Source: an uncultured virus (IMG/VR IMGVR_UViG_3300005253_000126) (lineage: Duplodnaviria > Heunggongvirae > Uroviricota > Caudoviricetes). From it: a DNA stretch of 64,000 nucleotides. Shown one piece after another: positions 8,967-18,282 of the stretch. The position numbers and the translations under genes are program-made. The notes beneath the pieces are model-generated. The model saw only the letters and a list, made by a program, of their open reading frames with translations. It was not told the origin of the DNA and ran no database searches. Location of the stretch: IMG/VR virus record IMGVR_UViG_3300005253_000126. One strand, written 5' to 3'. Each line of letters opens with the position of its first letter. The first letter of the stretch is position 1.

Positions 8967-9160
8967 CTCTTCACCTCGTCCCCCCAGTGCATGGTCCTGG
9001 TATTCCCTATCTCCCAAGCCCCCTCGTCGTCGTCGTCCATCATTTCTTTCAAATACGTTCTGGTGCCGCCACAGTTATCAGTCCCCTCCCAGTACAGGAT
9101 ATATCCGCCCCGCCAGACTTCCTTCCTTACCAGCGTCAATTCAACATGGCATTCCATCAT
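8963..9160 (-). CDS. hypothetical protein
   Basis: Coupled ORF. Confidence 0.5.
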   Translation of the reverse strand: MMECHVELTLVRKEVWRGGYILYWEGTDNCGGTRTYLKEMMDDDDEGAWEIGNTRTMHWGDEVKR

Positions 9161-9315
9161 CTCTTCACCTTGTCCACACGTGTGGACGGCGGGGGCACTA
9201 CGCTGTCATAGAGAACCCTCTGTGCCTGGGTCATTTTGTCATATCCGTTCATGCGGTAACCATCATGCACCCACATGTGAACTATCAATTCCCTCAGCAG
9301 CTCGACCTCACTCAT
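9157..9315 (-). CDS. hypothetical protein (MSEVELLRELIVHMW...)
   Basis: ATG overlaps upstream stop; its C-terminus carries the 16-bp palindrome. Confidence 0.55.
   Translation of the reverse strand: MSEVELLRELIVHMWVHDGYRMNGYDKMTQAQRVLYDSVVPPPSTRVDKVKR
9172..9187. promoter_or_regulatory. palindromic box GTCCACACGTGTGGAC (copy 1)
   Basis: Exact 16-bp palindrome near a gene junction. Confidence 0.8.
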
Positions 9316-9659
9316 CACCTCACCTCGTGCACGTATATCTTGAGCCTGTACTTCTGGGCCATCCGGATCATGTGCTGGGTGCCGCGGCTCTGGCCGTCCC
9401 ACACCGCCACCAGGGCATCCGCGTACTTGGCCATCTCCTCGTTGCGCACCAGGCCTCCTCGCCAGCCATGTGTATGCCAATCCGCGGGGAACCTCTTCAT
9501 CTGTTTGCCATTGGTCTTGGCCCATTGCTCGCCGCACCAGTCCACGCCGTGCGCACCGCCGCTCACCACCTCGGTCACCTTGTAGCCGCTGGCCGTTATC
9601 GCCCGCGTCACCTCCTCGATGCTGGTGATGGTCCTGCTACCTGCGACGATGACCCTCAT
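9315..9659 (-). CDS. DUF2493/YspA-like SLOG family protein
   Basis: MRVIVAGSR, VVSGGAHGVD, ADW, RNEEM, WDGQSRGT motifs. Confidence 0.88.
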   Translation of the reverse strand: MRVIVAGSRTITSIEEVTRAITASGYKVTEVVSGGAHGVDWCGEQWAKTNGKQMKRFPADWHTHGWRGGLVRNEEMAKYADALVAVWDGQSRGTQHMIRMAQKYRLKIYVHEVR

Positions 9660-9931
9660 CAGACCTCTTCATCCTCCGGCCTTGGCCGGTTCGTGGCGGT
9701 CGCCCTGGCCTTCCACCTGATCATGGCCTCAGGGTCGTCAGGAGACGTGTCCAGGTCGATCCTGCACACTTTCCCGCCCCCCAGGCCTATGAACACGTGC
9801 TCATACGTCTCCAGGTCCAGGGCAGCATCCCCCAGATCGAAGTCCTTGGGCAGCTCTTTCACCCCGCGCGCCGGGTCACGCCACTCCCAGGGCTCCCCAG
9901 GCATATCATCCCGAATCGGCACTATTTTCAT
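9659..9931 (-). CDS. hypothetical protein
   Basis: 90 aa coupled ORF. Confidence 0.55.
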   Translation of the reverse strand: MKIVPIRDDMPGEPWEWRDPARGVKELPKDFDLGDAALDLETYEHVFIGLGGGKVCRIDLDTSPDDPEAMIRWKARATATNRPRPEDEEV

Positions 9932-10285
9932 GAAGTCACCTTCCCACTATCAGTCTCTGGAGTCCTGTGCCCTGCTGGCCACCCATAACACAGCCCGCAG
10001 AGCTTCCTTTCTGGGTCAGAGGTAATGCCAGGCATCCACTCCACCCCACACTGACTACACACAAACCCCCGTTTACTGTTGTCAGTCATCTTGCTACCCT
10101 CTTCAACCGTTGTATTGTCGCGATGCACCGCTTACACGTTGCCCGCGCGCCCATCCCCACTTCAGCCACAGTCGGCATACATCTCCACACCTCATTCCCT
10201 AGGTCTAAGCCGCACCTGCTCGTCCATTTGTGATCGGCCTTGATATGCGTCACCGTGCGCCGACGACGCATGGCGCACTTGGGGG

Positions 10286-10687
10286 TCACTGGAGAACCCG
10301 GCCGTGGCCATGGGCATCTTCCCAGCTCGCAACCTTCCTGAACCCCTCCACACATTCCAAGTACGCGATGTCATCCTCATTGATCATCATGAACGTCAGC
10401 AACAGTCGTTCGTTGCCGTCGGCGGTATAAGGGGGAGCCAGGCGCGGCTCCCTCCACTCAAACGTGAAACGCTCGACCATGATCACACGCTCGACCTTAA
10501 TCGTGGACTCAGCGTCAATCTCCCCAAGCAGATTAGTAGTCGGGAATGGACGCTCCTCCAAAACCCGCAACCTGGTAAACGGAGCCCCCCTCAAGAACTC
10601 ACTGGGGACCGACGCATTATCCATCACCCCGAGCAGCGCTCCGGTCTCCCGACACCGTACCTCTACGAAGTCATCCATTACCGTCAT
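10286..10687 (-). CDS. hypothetical protein
   Basis: ORF, start inferred at MTVMDDF. Confidence 0.55.
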   Translation of the reverse strand: MTVMDDFVEVRCRETGALLGVMDNASVPSEFLRGAPFTRLRVLEERPFPTTNLLGEIDAESTIKVERVIMVERFTFEWREPRLAPPYTADGNERLLLTFMMINEDDIAYLECVEGFRKVASWEDAHGHGRVLQ

Positions 10688-10919
10688 GAATACAGTCCGG
10701 TGTATGTACTGCCATGGCCCCGCAAGACGGGCAAGGTATAGGCTTACCCTCCTCAACCGGCCGGAGCATTGCCTGGTGATACCAAGTGACATGGGTACTA
10801 TATTTCTCGACTGCCATACCCCCTGTCACCTCCCAACCCCCAGCCCTCGCCTGGTTGACGGCCTCCATCAAGCCCGGTATCGACTCACAAGACATGATCA
10901 CATAGGTCTCCATCACCAC
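10671..10919 (-). CDS. DUF1737-like small protein with CxxC
   Basis: VNQARAGGWEVTGG...YHQAM pattern. Confidence 0.55.
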   Translation of the reverse strand: MVMETYVIMSCESIPGLMEAVNQARAGGWEVTGGMAVEKYSTHVTWYHQAMLRPVEEGKPIPCPSCGAMAVHTPDCIHDGNG

Positions 10920-11369
10920 CCCAGCGCGCAGTTAGCCCAGGCCAGCCCGAGGCTCATCATGGCAATGCGCGGGTCGCCTTTCCAAAACGCCCACGCCGCT
11001 GCCCCTATAAACAATATCCCCGCCGCGAACAGCAGGGGGTTAGTCGATCCTGGAATCGTCCACATCTTAGTCACCTCTCGTCACTTGCGCCATTGGTTCC
11101 TCTACCACACGAGCAACCTTCTTGCGGCCACACAGCTTCCTGGCCTTGATAAAAGCCTCGTCGATGTTCATGGCAAACACCCGCCTGATTAGAGCGCCAT
11201 TCTCATCGAGTGCCGCGTATCTCTTCACGGCCTAATCCAGCCTGGGGGACCTAAAGTCTTGCCCGGGCCGTTCAGTACCTCGGCGATCTTGATCAACGCC
11301 AGCGCCTGAGCCGCCTGGGTCTTGGCACCATCCGTGGCCTTCTCGTCGTTCAGGATCTTCATCATCTTG

Positions 11370-12173
11370 TCAACCACGTGTTGCATTTTGAGCCTCCTCG
11401 ATCTTCTCGACTTCCTTCACCAGGGACTGTATAGACCCTATCGCTGCATTCAGCTTCAAAATCGCTTGCCCTGGGGTGTTGCCCCTCAACTGGGCCAGCC
11501 TATGCTGCACCTTCCACAGATACGGCACCTCGTCCCCGATCCCCATCGTCTTGAGCAGATCCCGGATCTTCACCAGCTCCTGGTTCTCGCGTTTCAACCT
11601 TTCATTCTCGGTCGCTACCAGGTTGATCTCCTCTTTCACCCGTTCCCTGATGGCCTTGCTAACCTGGTGCCCGAAGTCATAATCCAGCTTCTTGTGCACC
11701 ATCCATGCCCGCCACCAGTCAGCATCGTTCTTCAACGAATACCAGTCCGACATCACTCGGCACCTGCTCATCAGCACGTACCTGAAGACCTTCTCCAGTG
11801 TCTCTGGCTTCAAGGGCCTATAGGGGGCCTTTTTCTTAGTCAGCAACCTCGTGCCGTTCTGAGTACACCAGATCAACCCGGCCTCAGCAGGCACCTCCTC
11901 GATCTTGATCGTACCGGCTGGCGACACAAAATAAAACTGATTGCACAGCGGCAGATAGCCCTGCCACTTTTCGTCGCGCATGAAATCCCCGCGCGCCACC
12001 TTGATCTCATACGCCAAGAACGTCGGCCTGCTCCAGGACTTTTTCATCACCCAGGCATCCATCCGGAAATGCGACGTGCCCACGGTAGGCCCGTCCTTGC
12101 ACTCGGCAACGAACAGATCCTTATCGTGCCTTTTTGCGAGTAGCTGACTTAACTTTGCCGCTGTCACTTGCAC
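11370..12173 (-). CDS. MmcB-like PD-(D/E)xK protein with C-terminal coiled coil
   Basis: RMDAW...AYEIKVARGDFMRDEKWQGYLPLCNQFYFVSP...EVPAEAGL. Confidence 0.82.
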   Translation of the reverse strand: MQVTAAKLSQLLAKRHDKDLFVAECKDGPTVGTSHFRMDAWVMKKSWSRPTFLAYEIKVARGDFMRDEKWQGYLPLCNQFYFVSPAGTIKIEEVPAEAGLIWCTQNGTRLLTKKKAPYRPLKPETLEKVFRYVLMSRCRVMSDWYSLKNDADWWRAWMVHKKLDYDFGHQVSKAIRERVKEEINLVATENERLKRENQELVKIRDLLKTMGIGDEVPYLWKVQHRLAQLRGNTPGQAILKLNAAIGSIQSLVKEVEKIEEAQNATRG

Positions 12174-12808
12174 GGATAAACCTCTCGAACTCTCTGGCCT
12201 CGAACAATATGTCGGCCGTCCCCCGCATCCCCCAGGCTGCCACGCGCAATGCAGCCAGCCTGATCTGCTGGTCCCTGGTCAACTTGGTAGCCCCAGCCAT
12301 CAGCTTATTCAGATCGACCCTTGCCGTCTTGCTCACGTCGCCCTCTTCCTCTTCCTCGATGTCCTCTGCGACCCAGGCTAGAAGACCCACGTCACATCAG
12401 CCTCCGAGCACGTTGAAATGCAGGACAACCCCGCCCATGAAAACGAACGAGGCCGCAAGTAGAGCGACTGACAGAAGTGTAATCAGTACCCGTTGCCATT
12501 GTTTCATTGCTAAAAGACCCAAGTCACGGCACTCCACCACCGCCAGACCACAGCCCCGGTGATCACTAAGGCGCTGAACGCCGCCCCCAACAAGAAGGAC
12601 CACGCTATCATCCACCTGGCCTCGGCCCTAGTCACTCCGTGGCTTGTTGCTCTGATCTCGCTCACGTCTCTGCCTCCTCTTTGCTCGACGGCCCTCATTC
12701 ACTGCTCCCGCAATAAACCCCAGCACCACCGCTGCCAGCATCTGGTATGCGCTGTACAGTCCCCAGTCTTTCAGGCACAGTTGAACTATATCTTCTGGCA
12801 TAAATCAC

Positions 12809-12907
12809 CTGGCGGTCGACGCAATTACAGCCTCAAAATGAAACTTCCCCTAGGGGAAACCTGACAAGGCAGGCCTCGATCACGTCTTGTTCCTACGACC
12901 CCGCCAG
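12809..12907 (-). ncRNA. candidate structured intergenic/leader RNA
   Basis: Closing stem CTGGC(GG)GGTCG / CGACCGCCAG, inner ACAAG/CTTGT stem, perfect palindrome TTCCCCTAGGGGAA; TTGACA at 12929-12934 upstream. Confidence 0.35.
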
Positions 12908-12944
12908 TAGCCGTCCGAAGTTTAGCCCTGTCAAGCACCTTAAT

Positions 12945-14009
12945 TCAGACAAACAACTTCCCGAACTCTTTTCCCGACGCGGTAGCCAAGAAATCGTCGA
13001 GGTATACTGATTCTTGCGTCACAAAGCCCTCAGATCGCCCCAGACGGTTGCTAGCGTATAGCTCGACCATGGCACACAGTCCCGCGGCTGTCAGCCTCTG
13101 GATAGCGCTCTCGCCGTCCAGTGGGTAGTATGCGTGCTCCCAGAGCCAGTTCATGGGCGGGGGTAGCTTCCTCGCCAGCTTCTGCCTTACGAGCACCCTG
13201 ACCATCACCAGATCATTGACCGGCTGACGTATGCGCTTGAACACCCTGACCAACTCCTCCCGGGTCATGCCCAGGTCCTGGATCAGCATCTTGACCTGCT
13301 GAAGATGCCCAGGCCAGCGCAGGGTCTTGTATTCTACGTGATCCACAGACGTACCCTTCAGCGTGTCGTGGAGCGTCCCTATGCCCCCGGCTGTGTTAAA
13401 GGCCTCCATGGTCTCACCGCAAACAAATACCTGCTCAGCGTCCCTCATAGAATCCTTGTGCACGATCTTACCCTTCCACAACACCTCGCTCGGTAGCAGG
13501 TACTCGTTGACCAGGCCCTCCACGGACCACGTCGGCCGGTGGCGTATCCTGTTATCTGCCACAGTCGGCAAAGCCCCCACGTGTATCACCACACTGGCCG
13601 GGTCATCAGCCCCCCTGACCATGTCCATGGCCAGCACCGACACGAACCCCGGGGCCAGCCCGCAGGCGGGCATAGCCGTCCACGTGGGAGACATATCCAC
13701 TGCCGCGCGGCACCTGGCGAGGGACACCCGATCCTCCGACAGATCAAAATATGCCATGCCACAGGCCATCGCCGTGGAGATCGCCATCTCATTGATGTGA
13801 TGTGGCCCGGCATTCACCATCACCTCGGCGTACCCCCTCGACGCATCAAATACCTGGCCAACAGGGACCCTGATATACTTGCACGGCCCTGGAATATCCA
13901 GTTGATCCGAAGACAAAACATCAGACACGATCACTTCATATCCTAGCTTCACCAGCCGCTTGATTATGGCCCGGCCTATCGTGCCAGCCCCCAGTACCAG
14001 TACCCTCAT
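12945..14009 (-). CDS. saccharopine dehydrogenase family oxidoreductase (lysine 6-dehydrogenase-like)
   Basis: Rossmann VLVLGAGTIG, YFDLSED, CGLAPG, WSVEGLVNEY, EAFNTAGG, KTLRWPGH. Confidence 0.88.
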   Translation of the reverse strand: MRVLVLGAGTIGRAIIKRLVKLGYEVIVSDVLSSDQLDIPGPCKYIRVPVGQVFDASRGYAEVMVNAGPHHINEMAISTAMACGMAYFDLSEDRVSLARCRAAVDMSPTWTAMPACGLAPGFVSVLAMDMVRGADDPASVVIHVGALPTVADNRIRHRPTWSVEGLVNEYLLPSEVLWKGKIVHKDSMRDAEQVFVCGETMEAFNTAGGIGTLHDTLKGTSVDHVEYKTLRWPGHLQQVKMLIQDLGMTREELVRVFKRIRQPVNDLVMVRVLVRQKLARKLPPPMNWLWEHAYYPLDGESAIQRLTAAGLCAMVELYASNRLGRSEGFVTQESVYLDDFLATASGKEFGKLFV

Positions 14010-14191
14010 TCCTTAGCCTCCTCGGGCTCAAAGTGCTTGTTGACCTCGAACCCAGCATCTCGCACTCTCTGCTTCGCATCCCCAGCATTATGGGCATTGA
14101 TCTTCACACGCTCACCCATGTATTTCGTGCCGTTGCGAGTCACCGTCGTAAACACTGTGAATATCCGCCTAGGCATTGTTAAGTCGATCAT
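14006..14191 (-). CDS. hypothetical protein
   Basis: Coupled ORF. Confidence 0.5.
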   Translation of the reverse strand: MIDLTMPRRIFTVFTTVTRNGTKYMGERVKINAHNAGDAKQRVRDAGFEVNKHFEPEEAKE

Positions 14192-14269
14192 GCCGCCTTC
14201 TTCTCTAGTTGCCGCGCGCGGTCAAGCACGTAGCCTTTCGTCTTCACGCCCTTACAATGCCGCTTGCCT

Positions 14270-14560
14270 TTACGCTTGCGGGCTAGGGCTTTCGCTCTTT
14301 GTGTCTGGTCGTGCCTCATCTTTTGGCTCCTCAATAGGCCCCCACCACTCGGCCTCGGCATTTTCTTCCCAGCTCTCCAGGGTCTCGAAGTCCTCAGAGC
14401 CCATCTTCTGTACTACCGGATCGTCCTGGGCATCTTCAAAACATAGCACGATCTCTGGCGTAGTCCACTCCCAGGCCTCTGTCTTAGAACCGGGCACGGA
14501 AACCTTCTCCCGAACCCAGTACCAGCCGTGGCCCTTCGGTAATTCCTTGGTCCAGTTCAT
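14270..14560 (-). CDS. hypothetical protein (MNWTKELPKGHGWYW)
   Basis: W..E.P...GWYW is a common phage small-protein N-terminus. Confidence 0.6.
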   Translation of the reverse strand: MNWTKELPKGHGWYWVREKVSVPGSKTEAWEWTTPEIVLCFEDAQDDPVVQKMGSEDFETLESWEENAEAEWWGPIEEPKDEARPDTKSESPSPQA

Positions 14561-14787
14561 TTGACTTGCCTCATGTAGCCCTTCCCCGACTTCCGTCGGC
14601 GATCTCGTTTGACGTTCGCCCACCACCCGTGGACCGTCATCAGTTGACGGCGATGACATCCGGGCACCGTGCACATGCGCTCACTGAACTCCCCGGTCCT
14701 CACGATCTTGTGATGCCACTGGCAGCCCACGTGAAAGAAGCACAGAGCATGCTGCCACCACCGCTTGACCCCGGCCCTAATGGCCAT

Positions 14788-15081
14788 TTATGGTTGCTCC
14801 CCCTCTTTAAGCACCTTACCAGGCGGAGGAACAGGCTTTTCAGTACCTGCGGGGGCTATCACCCGCCCCGTAACAGTACCTATAGGGACCATTACGGGCT
14901 CCGCGTTAGTCTCGGCATCCTTGAGCTTGCGCTCCAACAGCATGCGCGTTGTCGCTGGCGCGTGCTTCATGGACACGTCGATCATGTCCTCCAGCCAGAC
15001 CAGGAACCCCTTACGACTTCCGCCTCCTCTGCTCATCCCATCACCATCGGCCAAAAGGCCCAAATAGTACAAATAAGCCAC
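14788..15081 (-). CDS. hypothetical protein (start uncertain)
   Basis: ORF in packed operon. Confidence 0.4.
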   Translation of the reverse strand: MAYLYYLGLLADGDGMSRGGGSRKGFLVWLEDMIDVSMKHAPATTRMLLERKLKDAETNAEPVMVPIGTVTGRVIAPAGTEKPVPPPGKVLKEGEQP

Positions 15082-15227
15082 ACCCCTAATATAAAGGGTG
15101 CCCCAAACCGGACACTCGGTTCTGTCATCTCATCACTTGACACTCCAAGTGTAACCATCACCACAGCAAATGCCCCAACCACTGCCGGGATTCCTACCAC
15201 GATTATCTGAAAGACTGTGAATGTCAT
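15033..15227 (-). CDS. two-TM membrane protein
   Basis: Two hydrophobic segments. Confidence 0.5.
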   Translation of the reverse strand: MTFTVFQIIVVGIPAVVGAFAVVMVTLGVSSDEMTEPSVRFGAPFILGVWLICTIWAFWPMVMG

Positions 15228-15422
15228 ATTTTGCAGTGCTTCTCCCACCAGGCAGGGTCATCGTGCCGGATCACCTTACAGAACCGATGCAACTTGGCAT
15301 CATCCCCCTCGACAGACGCATGATGATAGTGACAGGCGATCCGCGGCGATGACAAGCTGATGGCCAGGAGCACAAGGACCCCGGCCACCAGCACCATCAG
15401 CATGATGTAAGCTCGCGTCACT

Positions 15423-15713
15423 TCAGTCTGAGGTGATCGTCGTCGTCGTGGTCGCCCCTTCAATCGGGGTGCGGCACTTGATGTCGATCATGTCCTTGCG
15501 CTTGCTGGCCTCGATCCTCACCGACTTGATGTCGCATCCGGACTCGCTCGTGCTCTCAACCAACCCCCCGGCATCGAAGCGCATCTCAGTGACGGCCGTG
15601 GCCTTCACCTTGCCACCGCTGGCCAGGGTATCGTCAGGCTTCGTTTGGAATGCCCCGCATGCTGATAGGGCCACCGCTGCCGCTAGGGTCAGGGTTATCG
15701 TAATTGCGCGCAT
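15423..15713 (-). CDS. lipoprotein
   Basis: MRAITITLTLAAAVALSACG signal with lipobox LSAC. Confidence 0.7.
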   Translation of the reverse strand: MRAITITLTLAAAVALSACGAFQTKPDDTLASGGKVKATAVTEMRFDAGGLVESTSESGCDIKSVRIEASKRKDMIDIKCRTPIEGATTTTTITSD

Positions 15714-16050
15714 ATTCACGTTCCTCTCTCTCAATTTCACTTATAGACATGGCCACGCTGGCAACCTGCTCCAGGACCCAGTTATGCTCCAGGCCCAACA
15801 GGGACGTGTGCCACTCAAATACCGGACCCGATAAATACGAGTTCCGGGCCTGTCTCCCCCATGGATCGGTCTTGCCTAAGACAAAGGCGTCGATCAGCGC
15901 TCTCTCTACGAGCGCCAACATCATCAGGGCCTCTGGTGCTCTGTTGTCAGTGACCCCGGACCTGATTCGTTTCATGGCCCACTCTATGACTGCAGACCTG
16001 CGCTTCCTGAAGGCCCGCAATGCCCCTAACTTAGTCTTAAACTTCCGCAT
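15634..16050 (-). CDS. conserved phage hypothetical protein
   Basis: 138 aa ORF; ALVERALID...LLGL pattern. Confidence 0.55.
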   Translation of the reverse strand: MRKFKTKLGALRAFRKRRSAVIEWAMKRIRSGVTDNRAPEALMMLALVERALIDAFVLGKTDPWGRQARNSYLSGPVFEWHTSLLGLEHNWVLEQVASVAMSISEIEREEREYARNYDNPDPSGSGGPISMRGIPNEA

Positions 16051-16546
16051 CCCTTATATCTCGCCCCCTACGTAGAGAATCGTTCTTGTACCATGGCTTC
16101 TCACCCCCGCCTTTGGGCATCGGGATGTATCTGTAGAACTTCATCTCATCCTTGCCAGCCTCGATGGTCATCTTCCTCAAGAAGCCCCAGGGCTTAAACT
16201 GCGGGGCGTGTATGAATAGGGTCCAGCACTCGCTGTCGTTGATCGGCAGCGTCACTCTGTGAAAGGTCTCGCCCTTCACTATGTTGAACCACCTGCGGAC
16301 GTACAGCTTCTCTTCGCCGCCAAGCCACCTCCACTCCCAGTACCAGCCCGACAGAATGATGGCTATCGAATTCCAGGGGTGATCGTGAACCTCCTCCTCG
16401 GGGTCACTGTTCCTGAACCTGTGCAGGAAAAATGTCCACCTCCAGAGCTTGCACAAGAAGTACCGCTCAAGGTAACGCTCGCCATCAACCCGCGAGATTA
16501 TGCGTACAGGCAGCCCATTACTGAGCCACATCAAGAAGCGCCTCAC
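16037..16546 (-). CDS. cupin-like protein
   Basis: YLERYFL, LHRF..SD..HDHPW, ILSGWYWE, FHRV, WTLF, WGF. Confidence 0.75.
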   Translation of the reverse strand: MRRFLMWLSNGLPVRIISRVDGERYLERYFLCKLWRWTFFLHRFRNSDPEEEVHDHPWNSIAIILSGWYWEWRWLGGEEKLYVRRWFNIVKGETFHRVTLPINDSECWTLFIHAPQFKPWGFLRKMTIEAGKDEMKFYRYIPMPKGGGEKPWYKNDSLRRGRDIRDAEV

Positions 16547-17379
16547 TTGCCGCCCTTCTCCGTCACCGTCACGTGGTACTTCGGATGTGCCTCCGTGAAC
16601 ATATCGAGGACCTCCATCGGCCGCATCTTCCTGATCTGATCGAGCAGCGGCTTAGCCTTGACCCGCACCACCTTGCCATCCTGCATGAAACTCGTGCAGA
16701 TGTAGTACAGGGCCACGTTCTTGGAGGACGTGTCGCCATCCTCCTGGGCCTTCTCCAGCGCCAGCTCCACGGTATCCTTCTGATCCTCGTGTAGGCTGAA
16801 TGTCAGGCGATACATCTCAGACGTACTCGGGGCATCTCCCCCCTGACCACCGTCAGCCTTGAGCTTGTCCAGCCGCTGCTTGATGTAGTCCGCCAGCTTT
16901 GTGTAGCTGACCTTCTTGGCAGCCTCCAGCCATTTCTCGGCGTTCTTCTTGGTCATCACGCCTGACTTTGCCAGCAGCCGCAGCTTACACCACGGCACAT
17001 CGCGAGCCTTATCCCACGGGATCTCTAGCTCGACCAGGACATTGTAGATCTGGATTAGGTGTAGGGCCTTGCTGCGCCGGAACCCAAACGTATCGAGGAC
17101 GTAGTCCCCGAATTCCTGGTATCCCTGCTGATGGTATAGCTCGGCAGCATGTATGCGTTCCAAGAGCCCGCCCAGCTTGAAGTAGTCTCTCTCCACGCCG
17201 TCAGCCAGTTCCCGGGCATAGTTAAGGACCTCCTCGTCCTTCATGTTCTCGATCTCTCTGACGACGACCGCCAGATAGTTCTGGTCGGTATCTGCCGCCC
17301 CCTTTTTCCTGCTTTTGCCCTTAACCTTCTTGCCACCCAGCAGGGTAGCGGTAGGGCTGCTCGCTGTCTCTTTCGCCAT
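16543..17379 (-). CDS. putative DNA-binding protein (DUF3102-like helical region)
   Basis: YFKLGGLLERI...LY...GY.EF.DYV...FGF.RSKA..LIQIY; strong GGAGG RBS and own promoter. Confidence 0.6.
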   Translation of the reverse strand: MAKETASSPTATLLGGKKVKGKSRKKGAADTDQNYLAVVVREIENMKDEEVLNYARELADGVERDYFKLGGLLERIHAAELYHQQGYQEFGDYVLDTFGFRRSKALHLIQIYNVLVELEIPWDKARDVPWCKLRLLAKSGVMTKKNAEKWLEAAKKVSYTKLADYIKQRLDKLKADGGQGGDAPSTSEMYRLTFSLHEDQKDTVELALEKAQEDGDTSSKNVALYYICTSFMQDGKVVRVKAKPLLDQIRKMRPMEVLDMFTEAHPKYHVTVTEKGGK

Positions 17380-17397
17380 ATATGCCTCCGTTACCGA

Positions 17398-17425
17398 ACC
17401 TTAGCACACTTTGATTATTTGTCCA
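17398..17425 (-). promoter_or_regulatory. sigma70-like promoter abutting the palindrome variant
   Basis: TGGACA-16 bp-TAAGGT with extended TG. Confidence 0.5.
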
Positions 17426-17963
17426 GTCCACATGTGGACAGTACGTTTTCGACCACTTTCTGCCGCCATTTAGGCTCTTTCAGCAAGAGCCCAGGAGCAA
17501 ACCCCATGACGTACCTCCCCATCCTGGCCAACCCATAGGCATCGGCGATGTCATGGCTGTCAGTCTCAAAGGCCCAGGATTTGAATACGTTCAACAGCAT
17601 CAATTCCTTTTTCGAGTTACCTTTGCCGGTCACAAACTGCTTGAGCCTGGCGGGCGGCACGATGATATAACGCATAGCTTTCGTCTTCAGAAAGTACCTA
17701 GCCATGGTGCCCAACTCTACGGTCAACGCCTGGGAATACTTTTTGTTGTAAGCATAGCCCTCGATCACCACGAGCTGTGCATCATACTCACACGCGAGCT
17801 GGGCTACCATCTGGCCCAAGACCACCGCTCTGTCCAGCCCTTCGGTCATGTCCTTACCCGACGGTATCGTCAGCACCTGCTGATATTCAACAACGCCCCC
17901 GCCCCCTATCACCACGAGGCCGGTCTTCGTTGAAATATCCAATCCCATCACATTCTGTCGCAT
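17415..17963 (-). CDS. ruvC: RuvC-like Holliday junction resolvase
   Basis: MGLDIS..TG, VVIEGY, LKQFVTGKGNSKKE, DIADAY. Confidence 0.85.
   Translation of the reverse strand: MRQNVMGLDISTKTGLVVIGGGGVVEYQQVLTIPSGKDMTEGLDRAVVLGQMVAQLACEYDAQLVVIEGYAYNKKYSQALTVELGTMARYFLKTKAMRYIIVPPARLKQFVTGKGNSKKELMLLNVFKSWAFETDSHDIADAYGLARMGRYVMGFAPGLLLKEPKWRQKVVENVLSTCGLDK
17426..17439. promoter_or_regulatory. palindromic box variant GTCCACATGTGGAC
   Basis: 14-bp palindrome, equal to the 16-mer without the central CG. Confidence 0.55.
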
Positions 17964-18282
17964 ACTTGTCTCGCTATCGTGACATTAGTACCCAAACGCG
18001 CATTTTGTCTATCTATCACGACACTAATATCCAAATCCACAAAAGAAGGACCCCTTTGATCACCCAGTGCCCCAGGTATACCATCACCGCGGCCCCTGCG
18101 CACCTGCGGCACCAGCATCTAACGCTTACCACGACGCCTCGCGCATTCTTGCTTGCCCTGATGCGGAGAATACTTACCTCTGTCTCCACACGACCATACC
18201 GGCGCAAAGCCCATCCTGGTCATAGCGGCGTTAGTCACGCTCCACAGGCGTCTGCTGAGCAAGCTCGTTCTGAATCGTGACC

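Noticed and set aside
12809..12907. tRNA gene
   Set aside because: No T-loop GTTCRA, D-loop or cloverleaf; kept only as a generic structured RNA candidate
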